Of a DNA stretch of 12,279 nt, positions 1 through 6,833 are shown in pieces; position 1 is the first letter of the stretch; the number at the start of each line of letters is the position of its first letter. This DNA is from an uncultured bacterium (GTDB taxonomy: Bacteria; CSSED10-310; CAZUFC01). The translations under genes and the position numbers were made by a program. The stretch spans positions 1-12,279 of the forward strand of contig CAZUFC010000192.1 of NCBI GenBank assembly GCA_964619725.1, given 5' to 3'. The notes under the pieces were generated by a model. It was given only the letters and a program-made list of their open reading frames with translations, did no database searches and was not told where the DNA came from.

Positions 1-119
1 TTTAGCGGTTTTATCGATTTTTGTTTCTTATGTCGGCATCGCAGCGGAAGGAAATATCGTAAATCATCATTAACGTCAGAGCTCATGTTTGAATTTCGAT
101 TAATCAACGCTCTTCCACC

Positions 120-133
120 GGATTTAGGGGGGG
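120..133. repeat. Partial inverted copy of the REP-like element (GGATTTAGGGGGGG)
   Basis: Exact reverse complement of 5203-5216 (CCCCCCCTAAATCC), 14/14. Confidence 0.65.
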
Positions 134-291
134 ATCGTTCAAGTCGACGAACTTCCAATTTATATTCCCGATTTTTTATCAGATTTATTTCATTTATATT
201 CAAATAATTAACATGTCTATTTTTTTGATTATACGTGACCTTGACGATATCTGATGATATTTGTTTTTTTGGGATATTTTTTCGTTTTTTT

Positions 292-390
292 TCACCGGTT
301 GACTTGCTTGACGGTTTTTCTGTAAATACAGGCTCCCAGTAATACCAGCAGTAAGGCTATACCGGTTTGGGTCGTTGCCGCCAAGGGGGC
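292..390 (-). other. C-terminal protein-sorting-like signal (IPTL-CTERM/PEP-CTERM-like architecture)
   Basis: After a P/T linker: APLAATTQTG (motif) + IALLLVLLGACIY (hydrophobic helix) + RKTVKQVNR (basic tail), then stop. Confidence 0.65.
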
Positions 391-3300
391 TTGCGTCGGG
401 GTTATCGTTATGGCGGGCGTTCTGGTTGTTGTTGATGTCGGTTGGGGCGTTTCAGTGGGAAGGATCGTATTTGTTGCATCTGGCGTGATTTCGTATGTGG
501 GCGTTTTCGTCGGCATGAGCGGGGTGTTTGTTGGAGGCTTCGTCGGCATTTCGGTGCTGGTTGGGATCGGGGTTGTTTCTGCGGGTATGTAATGGAATCC
601 CATGTCTGCGGTTCCGGTATCCTTAAATTCATCTGTTCGGGTAGTCAATTCATTCAGGCAGACTGTTCCCCAGGGAACATTGAAGCATATTGCCGCTGCC
701 TGGCTGCCGGCTGCGTTTACGCATGGACTGTAGGGCGGAACTCCGTCGCATTCCTGATACAGACAGTAGTTGCCCGATGTCCCTGCAACGAATAACGGAT
801 CGGATTGGAGCATTCCTGTGCCCCAGTTTAATGTGCATCCTGCTGATACGTGGACTGCTTCTTCCCCACCCTGAACATTGCTGTATTCAATGGTTAATTG
901 CGCGGGAAAAGATTCCGACAGCAGGGCTATTTCAGGGCCTTGCCAGGCGTTGTCGTTCCATACAATACAGTTTTCCGCCGTCGGTCTGCTGTATCTTTCG
1001 GCGCATATTCCGCCGCCATATCCGCCGCTTGTGTTCGCGTTTATGGTGCAATTTAATATCTCCGGCGAAGAGCTGTTGTAACAGTATATGCCTCCTCCAT
1101 TAAGCGGCGATACGTTTTCAGCGATAATACAGTTGATTATATCAGGTGATGAGAGGTCACAATATATTCCGCTTCCTGAATTTTGCGTAATTGTGCTGTT
1201 CGTCAACCGGGGCATGCCTGATTGCCTGAAATAGACTCCTTCAGAATTTTTTGTAATTACAGCGCTGTCTATCACAACATTCGAGGAACTTTCGCAATAT
1301 ATTCCCGTCCCTATATTTTCTTTAATCAGCGAATCGAGTATGCGGGCATCTGAGGAGTCTTCGCAGGAGATGCCGGCGGGTATGTTTTCTCTGACAGTGC
1401 AACCGGAAATATCGGGGCATGCATTCTGATAACAGGCTATGCCTCCACCCTGATATACGGATGAGTTCGATGTAATTTCGCAATCGCTGACGACCGGCCA
1501 GGAATCGTCGTAACAATAGATTCCACCTCCGCCGTTGTAGGTTGAATTGTTTGATATCCTGCATGCGATTATCGTCGGCGAGGAATGCAGGTCGGAACCT
1601 TCACAATATATGCCGCCGCCCTGCCATGATGCGCTGTTTTTGTATATCATGCAATCGGCGATTGAGGGTGATGAGCTGAAGCAGGCCATTGCGCCGCCTT
1701 TATTGGATTTGCCGTTTCGGACGGCGATACCTTGTATGACGGTAGTTTCATCTTCAAAATTTTCGAAGAGGAAAGCCCTGTTTCTGTGCCAGCAGTCTAT
1801 AATGCAGGTTTGCGGTTGCCGGTTTTCTGAGATTACGGTAATGCTTTTTCCCTGTAAATCTATGCCTTTGTTGTTCAATCCTGCCCAAATTCCGTTTTTC
1901 AGTACGATCGTGTCGCAATCAACGGCGGCATTAACCGCAGATTGAATTGAAGTGAAGTCTCCGGGAACGTCTATAATGCCGCAGATATGCGTCGGAGTTG
2001 CGGTAAGTGACGGAAAGGCCGTCGGAGTCGACGCCGCAGTTGAAATCGTAGTCGGAATTTCAGAAACGGCAACTGTCGCGGCCGGGGATTGAACCGGGGT
2101 CGGCGATATAGATGACGGCAAATAATGTGCGCCCATATCTGCAACGCCTGTATCCAGCGAGTCGTCCGTTCTGCTGGTTAAACCGCTTATGCATATGTTT
2201 CCTGCCGGAATATTGAAACAGATCGTTTCCGCCGCATTACATGCCGTATCTATGCACGGGCTGTAAGGAGGTTCTCCATTGCAATCCTGGTACAGATAGT
2301 AATCGCCTGACGCTCCGCTCGTAAACATCGGGTTTGAGTCGATCATTCCGATACCCCAATCCAGTGTGCAGGAAGGGGCGACCCAGGCCGCTTCTTCCCC
2401 GCCCTGAACGTTACTGTAATCAATTATCATCCAGGAAGGAGCCGTTTCCGATCCAACAGCGATCTGCTGACCGTTCAGCGCTGTATTGTCCCAGAAAATG
2501 CAATTGGTTATTGTGGGTTCGCAACGGTCTTCGCAGTATAATCCGCCGCCGTATCCTTCGCTGGTATTCGCAGCGACCGTCGAATTGAAAATTATGGCGG
2601 AGGAACCTGCCTGACAATAGATGCCGGCTCCGTTTTCCATGGAACTATTTAACGCAATAATACAGTTAAGAACAAGCAGCGATGAATTAGCGCAATATAA
2701 GCCACGGCCGTCGTTTTCCATAATCATGCTGTTCGTCGCTTCGACGGAATAAGAGTTGGTAAAGCTGACGCCTTCTGCGTTATTGACTATTCTGCATTTG
2801 TCGAAAGCTGCGTACGATGCGCCGGAAAAGAGAAGCCCCGTCCCTGAATTGTCCGATATTATGCAGTCGACCAGTTCCGGAAAATTGGAATCTTTGCAGT
2901 GCAGTCCGTCTCCGTAATTGCCCGAAATGATCGTATCGCGGATTACAGGAGCGGAATTGCGATCACATGCGATGCCGCCTCCGGCATACCCGGCTGAATT
3001 GCCGGTTATCACGCACCCGGAAATGACCGGCTGAGCGTCCAGGCAGCAGCATATTCCGCCGCCGGAGGACCCGGCATCATTATTTACGATAATGCAGTTT
3101 ATTATGGAAGGCGAAGCGTTGAAGCAATATATCCCGCCGCCCTTGTACGCCTGTCCGTTTCTAATGGTGAAACCTCTGACGACAGTGTCTTCGTCTTCGT
3201 CATTATTAAAATAGAAACCCCTGTCGAGATGCCGGCATTCTATAATGCAATTTTCCGGCTCGTCTGATGCCGATTTAAGAGTCAGCCGCTTGCCCCGGGC

Positions 3301-5082
3301 GTCCAATCCGCAGCAGCCGTCGCCCAGCCAAATGCCGTCTTCGACGATAATGGTATCGCAGTCAGAGGCGGCATCCAGGGCCGACTGTATGGTCGAGAAA
3401 TCGAACGGTACATTGATAATTGTACAAATATGGGTCGGCGTGATTGTTATGGTGGGTTGTACAGTCGGCGTCAGTAAAGGTGTGGGCGATTCGGGAGTAG
3501 TTTCAGGCGTCTCAGTCGGCGTAGGAGTCATGGTGGAAGTCGGGGTCGGCGTTACATCAGTCGGAATGTAATGATAACCGATATCGACTGTCCCCTCGTC
3601 AGACTCATCATCAGTGCGGGTCGTCAGTTCGCTCATACAGTAATATCCTGTCGGCGCATCGAAACATATTGCAACAGAATAATTGCAGCCTGCGTCCCTG
3701 CAGGGACTGTACGGAGGAGCTCCATCACAGTCCTGGTAAAGATAATAATCGCCCGATGCGCCTGATATAAAAAACGGGTCGGCATCCAACATCCCTATAC
3801 CCCAATGCAAGCTGCAGCCAGGCGCGGTATACGCACTCGCTTCACCACCCTGCACATCGCTGAAATCAATCGTTAACTCCGAAGGATAATTTTCCGACAT
3901 TAAAGCTATCTCTGCTCCTTCAGTTGCCGTATTGCCCCATAACAGAATATTGGTCAGGATCGGATCGCTGCCGTATTCGCAGTAAATTCCCCCGCCGAAA
4001 TCTCCCGCCGTATTGTTCGTTATCGTCACGTTCAAGGCAGCAGGCGATGAATAAAAATAACAGGTGATTCCGCCGCCGTTTCCGATCGTCCAGTTTTCCG
4101 CTATGGTGCAGTTTATCAGGATGGGAGACGAATTGTCGCAGTTTATCCCGGTCCCGCTGTTTTCCATTATCCTGCTGTTCGTGATGCCGGGAGAATGGCA
4201 GTTCGCCAGGGCCGTTCCGCCGGAATTGAGAATGACGTCGCACTTGTCGATCATTACGTTCGATGAACCGTAACAATATATGCCCTCTTTCAAATTTTCC
4301 GATATAAGACAATCGGTTATTTCCGGAAAACTCGCATTATCCGTCCGTATCCCCTCCATCGAATTTCCGATTATCAGACAGTTTTTTACGAGCGGTCCCA
4401 TATTCCTCTCAGCTCCTATCCCGCCGCAACTTATCCCGGAATGATTGCCCGATATATCGCATTCTTCGATCACGCTCCAGGAATCATAATAACAATAAAC
4501 GCCGCCGCCTTTTCTGGCAGCCGTGTTGCCCGTTATGCTGCATTGTCGTATGAGGGGAGAACAATACCCTTCGTATCCGCTGCAATAAATGCCTCCGCCT
4601 TCTCGCGAAGCGGTATTGTGTATAATGATGCAATTGGTGATTACAGGCGATGAGTCTACTATCTTTATTCCGGCGCCGTAATCTGAACTGCCGTTTCGTA
4701 TGGTGAATCCTGCCGCTTCTGAGTTATGAGTCTCGTTACTGTGAAAAGTGAACCCGCAATCGAGATGCGAGCAATCTATAATGCAATAGGACGGATCATC
4801 GCTCACGGAAGCCACCTTGATGGACTTGCCGCTGAAATCGAGACAGCGGTTATCCGGGCCTTGCCACGTTCCGTCCGCGACAAGCACCGTATCGGAATCA
4901 TCAGCCGCATCGACGGCGGCCTGAATCGTGAGATAATCCTCCGGGACATTTATTATCAATGCATTTGTTGGTGTAATTTTTGTTTCTAGTGTGCATAAGA
5001 TAATTAAAAAAATGAATCCGAATCTCCGGCAGCGCCTTTCCCTTCCAGCAACTGAATGACTCCCGTGCATTTTTACTTTCAT
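292..5082 (-). CDS. Large secreted/surface-anchored protein with three right-handed parallel beta-helix (pectin-lyase-fold/Pmp-like) modules, Pro/Thr linkers and a C-terminal sorting/TM anchor
   Basis: 1601-codon ORF (track start TTG 5097). ATG at 5082 follows GGAGG (spacer 4 nt) and is the likelier start; ATG 5070 is an alternative. Basic + hydrophobic N-terminus (RERRCRRFGFIFLIILCTL...TNA). Three modules open with I(I)xVPxD(Y/F)xTIQxAxxAA..DT..V..G.W and carry repeated GGGIYC..SSPxIxNCxIxxN coils. Ends PLAATTQTGIALLLVLLGACIYRKTVKQVNR. Confidence 0.92.
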   Translation of the reverse strand: MKVKMHGSHSVAGRERRCRRFGFIFLIILCTLETKITPTNALIINVPEDYLTIQAAVDAADDSDTVLVADGTWQGPDNRCLDFSGKSIKVASVSDDPSYCIIDCSHLDCGFTFHSNETHNSEAAGFTIRNGSSDYGAGIKIVDSSPVITNCIIIHNTASREGGGIYCSGYEGYCSPLIRQCSITGNTAARKGGGVYCYYDSWSVIEECDISGNHSGISCGGIGAERNMGPLVKNCLIIGNSMEGIRTDNASFPEITDCLISENLKEGIYCYGSSNVMIDKCDVILNSGGTALANCHSPGITNSRIMENSGTGINCDNSSPILINCTIAENWTIGNGGGITCYFYSSPAALNVTITNNTAGDFGGGIYCEYGSDPILTNILLWGNTATEGAEIALMSENYPSELTIDFSDVQGGEASAYTAPGCSLHWGIGMLDADPFFISGASGDYYLYQDCDGAPPYSPCRDAGCNYSVAICFDAPTGYYCMSELTTRTDDESDEGTVDIGYHYIPTDVTPTPTSTMTPTPTETPETTPESPTPLLTPTVQPTITITPTHICTIINVPFDFSTIQSALDAASDCDTIIVEDGIWLGDGCCGLDARGKRLTLKSASDEPENCIIECRHLDRGFYFNNDEDEDTVVRGFTIRNGQAYKGGGIYCFNASPSIINCIIVNNDAGSSGGGICCCLDAQPVISGCVITGNSAGYAGGGIACDRNSAPVIRDTIISGNYGDGLHCKDSNFPELVDCIISDNSGTGLLFSGASYAAFDKCRIVNNAEGVSFTNSYSVEATNSMIMENDGRGLYCANSSLLVLNCIIALNSSMENGAGIYCQAGSSAIIFNSTVAANTSEGYGGGLYCEDRCEPTITNCIFWDNTALNGQQIAVGSETAPSWMIIDYSNVQGGEEAAWVAPSCTLDWGIGMIDSNPMFTSGASGDYYLYQDCNGEPPYSPCIDTACNAAETICFNIPAGNICISGLTSRTDDSLDTGVADMGAHYLPSSISPTPVQSPAATVAVSEIPTTISTAASTPTAFPSLTATPTHICGIIDVPGDFTSIQSAVNAAVDCDTIVLKNGIWAGLNNKGIDLQGKSITVISENRQPQTCIIDCWHRNRAFLFENFEDETTVIQGIAVRNGKSNKGGAMACFSSSPSIADCMIYKNSASWQGGGIYCEGSDLHSSPTIIACRISNNSTYNGGGGIYCYDDSWPVVSDCEITSNSSVYQGGGIACYQNACPDISGCTVRENIPAGISCEDSSDARILDSLIKENIGTGIYCESSSNVVIDSAVITKNSEGVYFRQSGMPRLTNSTITQNSGSGIYCDLSSPDIINCIIAENVSPLNGGGIYCYNSSSPEILNCTINANTSGGYGGGICAERYSRPTAENCIVWNDNAWQGPEIALLSESFPAQLTIEYSNVQGGEEAVHVSAGCTLNWGTGMLQSDPLFVAGTSGNYCLYQECDGVPPYSPCVNAAGSQAAAICFNVPWGTVCLNELTTRTDEFKDTGTADMGFHYIPAETTPIPTSTEMPTKPPTNTPLMPTKTPTYEITPDATNTILPTETPQPTSTTTRTPAITITPTQAPLAATTQTGIALLLVLLGACIYRKTVKQVNR
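589..1980 (-). repeat. Beta-helix module 3 (464 aa)
   Basis: GIIDVPGDFTSIQSAV... to ...LTTRTDEFKDTGTADMGFHY. Confidence 0.85.
2122..3423 (-). repeat. Beta-helix module 2 (434 aa, one 30-aa coil shorter)
   Basis: TIINVPFDFSTIQSAL... to ...LTSRTDDSLDTGVADMGAHY. Confidence 0.85.
3568..4959 (-). repeat. Beta-helix module 1 (464 aa)
   Basis: LIINVPEDYLTIQAAV... to ...LTTRTDDESDEGTVDIGYHY; colinear with modules 2 and 3. Confidence 0.85.
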
Positions 5083-5085
5083 TTT

Positions 5086-5091
5086 TCCTCC
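5086..5091 (-). promoter_or_regulatory. Shine-Dalgarno of the beta-helix gene
   Basis: Minus strand reads GGAGGA-AAA-ATG (ATG 5082-5080); the spacing is short. Confidence 0.5.
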
Positions 5092-5202
5092 AGACAAATG
5101 GGATGGATTAAATTCAGAACTCCTGATAAGGACAACCTAACATATTAAAATAAATTGATTTTTTCACACTGAGTCTCGGCATAATAATTGTGCAGTTTTT
5201 AG

Positions 5203-5241
5203 CCCCCCCTAAATCCCCCCGCAAGCGGGGGGACTTTGTTT
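5203..5241. repeat. REP-like palindromic element / terminator-like hairpin CCCCCCCTAAATCCCCCCGCAAGCGGGGGGACTTTG
   Basis: Perfect stem TCCCCCCG (5214-5221) / CGGGGGGA (5226-5233). Loop is CAAG, or G-CUUG-C (a stable tetraloop) on the minus strand. Followed by CTTTGTTTT on +. Confidence 0.7.
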
Positions 5242-5389
5242 TACTTGATTTTTTTTGATCGATTGCTGGATTTTCGTCAAACATTTCACAATTTTTTATC
5301 GGTCAATGTCAGGATATGTGAAAATAGGGGACCGACGAGGGGAATTATATCAGATTCTTCGCGTATTATCCAATTTGCTTCGGCGGTTT

Positions 5390-5437
5390 GAAGATTGGAA
5401 GTGTGGAAGAATGGAAGGGAGGATGATTGGATGGGCG
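5390..5437 (+). repeat. Degenerate 8-nt tandem repeat (GAWGnnnG)x6
   Basis: gaagattg gaagtgtg gaagaatg gaagggag gatgattg gatgggcg. Confidence 0.6.
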
Positions 5438-5702
5438 GAATAAACGGTTGGTATTGAGTGTTGAGAATTCAGCTTCGGGATTTCCGCTTTGCCGAATTCG
5501 GTCAGTTTAAAGAGCCGGTTGCCTTTACGTTGCATGCCGCCTGCAGGGCCTGATCTTATTTCACAGCCTGTTCATCTGTCCATCGGTTCGTTTAATAATG
5601 AGAACTTAATGCAGCTTAGAAGTTGAGAGGTTATGAGTATCGGCATTGATCAAAAAAGCTTCTTTTAATGTAACAATTCGACCGAATCTCCCATCATTTT
5701 AT

Positions 5703-5738
5703 TTCGCTTTCGATCTCGATTGAGATTGCGCTCGCGAT
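5703..5738. repeat. Degenerate 6-nt tandem repeat abutting the intron 3' end
   Basis: ttcgct ttcgat ctcgat tgagat tgcgct cgcgat; contains a small hairpin CGATCTC-GATT-GAGATTG (5711-5728). Confidence 0.45.
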
Positions 5739-5801
5739 AGGGATGCCGACTTCCCGGCCCCCCGTAGAGAGCCGTAATTGGAGCGCTACCCCATACGGCT
5801 C
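5731..5801 (-). ncRNA. Group II intron catalytic domains V and VI
   Basis: DV (5801-5769): GAGCCGUA-UGGGG-UAGCG-CUCCA-AU-UACGGCUC, with AGC triad, 2-nt bulge and intact stems. DVI: GGGGGGCCGGGAAGUCGGCAUCCCU-A-UCGCGAG, with a candidate branch A at 5738, 8th from the end. The terminal dinucleotide is AG rather than AY. Confidence 0.85.
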
Positions 5802-5811
5802 CTGCCCTGGG

Positions 5812-6541
5812 TCAGACACGAAGTCTTTATGTTGGGAATGGGTAAATTATCCGAACTTCCGGTATCCACTTTTCGGAACGTTTCGGGTTTGCGCTCTCTC
5901 CTTCTATTCCGATCTCTTGCCGCAAATCTTCCGTATTCTATAAGCCTTATTTTATTTACATTTGATTTCAATTGGAATTCCTGCAGCCGCTCTTTCAGTT
6001 CCTTGTTGAATTGCTCAGCTTCACTCCGATACTGGAAACCCATTATGGAATCGTCTGCATAGCTTACTATTAGTACATCGCAATGCGCTTTTCTTTTTCG
6101 CCATTGGTTTATCCATAGGTCCAGAACGTAATGCAGGCAGATTTCAGCCGACAGCGGCGATATTACCGCTTCACCGCTTCCAGCGGCGTAACTACTTTCG
6201 TCGGGAACCATTCCCCCTCTTCCGATACTCCTGCGCACAGCCATTTCTTTATTATTCGCAGCAGCCTTCGATCTGAGATTCTGTGTTCCAGGAATTTTAC
6301 CATCCATTCGTGGTCGAGCGTATCGAAAAAACTTTTCAAGTCTGCGTACAAGGTGAAGTTGATTTTCTTCTGCGTTATCCCAACACTTACCGCAGGCAAT
6401 GCTCCATGCTGCGAACTGTTCGGTCTGAATCCGTAGCTGAATCCCAAGAAATCCGCCCCGTATATCGTTTCCAGTATCCTTACTGCCGCTTTCTGCACTA
6501 TCTTATCTTCCAAACGCCGCTATCCCTATGGGGCGCTGCTT
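5812..6541 (-). pseudogene. ltrA: Group II intron reverse transcriptase/maturase pseudogene
   Basis: Joined across frameshifts: KQRPIGIAA/LEDKIVQ...SYGFRP...ADLKSFFDTLDHEW...IKKWLCAG...TPLEAVISP...LHYVLDLW...SYADD (YADD 6061-6050)...RLIEYGRFA...KPETF // EKWIPEVRIIYPFPT*RLRV* (original TGA 5814-5812). Lesions: an extra T near 6514, an 8-nt duplication at 6165-6180, a large deletion at ~5875 and a nonsense TAA at 5829-5827. Confidence 0.9.
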
Positions 6542-6692
6542 TACTGCCTCATTCCGGTCATCTGCCGAGATTAATCATTTAAGAAGGCCGCCAGGTACCA
6601 TCCGGCCCATAAAGGATAATACTGGTAATTTTAGCAATATTTTCCCATCGAATAGTATGTAATTTACAAAAAATTAAAAAATTGCAGAAATC

Positions 6693-6721
6693 TTGACTTT
6701 ATCTTTTGTTTTTCGTAGTAA
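6693..6721 (+). promoter_or_regulatory. Candidate sigma70-type promoter for the large plus-strand gene
   Basis: TTGACT (6693-6698), 17 nt spacer, TAGTAA (6716-6721), with an AT-rich upstream tract. The -10 box is imperfect. Confidence 0.3.
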
Positions 6722-6820
6722 GAAGAATGAGATTCTGATTATCTGCTTGCCTAAAAAATCAAATAAAAAAAAATAAAAGCATAAAACATATATAGAGAGA
6801 GCTTCTGCTGAAATAATTTC

Positions 6821-6828
6821 AAAGGAGA
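6821..6828 (+). promoter_or_regulatory. Shine-Dalgarno of the plus-strand gene
   Basis: AAAGGAGA-aatca-ATG (ATG 6834-6836). Confidence 0.8.
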
Positions 6829-6833
6829 AATCA

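Larger units (their letters stand above)
5731..6545 (-). mobile_element. 5'-truncated, degenerate group II intron (En-minus bacterial type, class E/F-like by my reading)
   Basis: RT fragments are followed immediately by domain V and domain VI, with terminal CCCUAUCGCGAG. Homology appears to stop just upstream of KQRPIGIAA; I found no recognisable RT0/RT1, domains I-III or 5' end. Confidence 0.88.

Noticed and set aside
1..110. Possible gene end or start at the left edge
   Set aside because: Several short frames are open, but none is recognisable; too little sequence to call.
140..291. Intrinsic terminator downstream of the beta-helix gene
   Set aside because: No convincing GC stem followed by a U tract on the minus strand.
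408..4989. Short ORFs overlapping the beta-helix gene
   Set aside because: Shadows of the 1601-aa frame with no independent motifs.
5255..5535. 61-62 aa ORFs in the intergenic region
   Set aside because: They run through non-triplet tandem repeats and have no recognisable product or clear RBS.
6163..6307. Overlap of the 116-aa and 173-aa RT ORFs as a programmed frameshift or two-gene system
   Set aside because: Explained by an 8-nt tandem duplication; other lesions show pseudogenisation.
5786..6513. RT next to repeat-rich surface proteins as a diversity-generating retroelement or retron
   Set aside because: The RT motifs and adjacent DV/DVI are group II intron type, the RT is broken, and I saw no TR/VR pair with adenine-specific mismatches.
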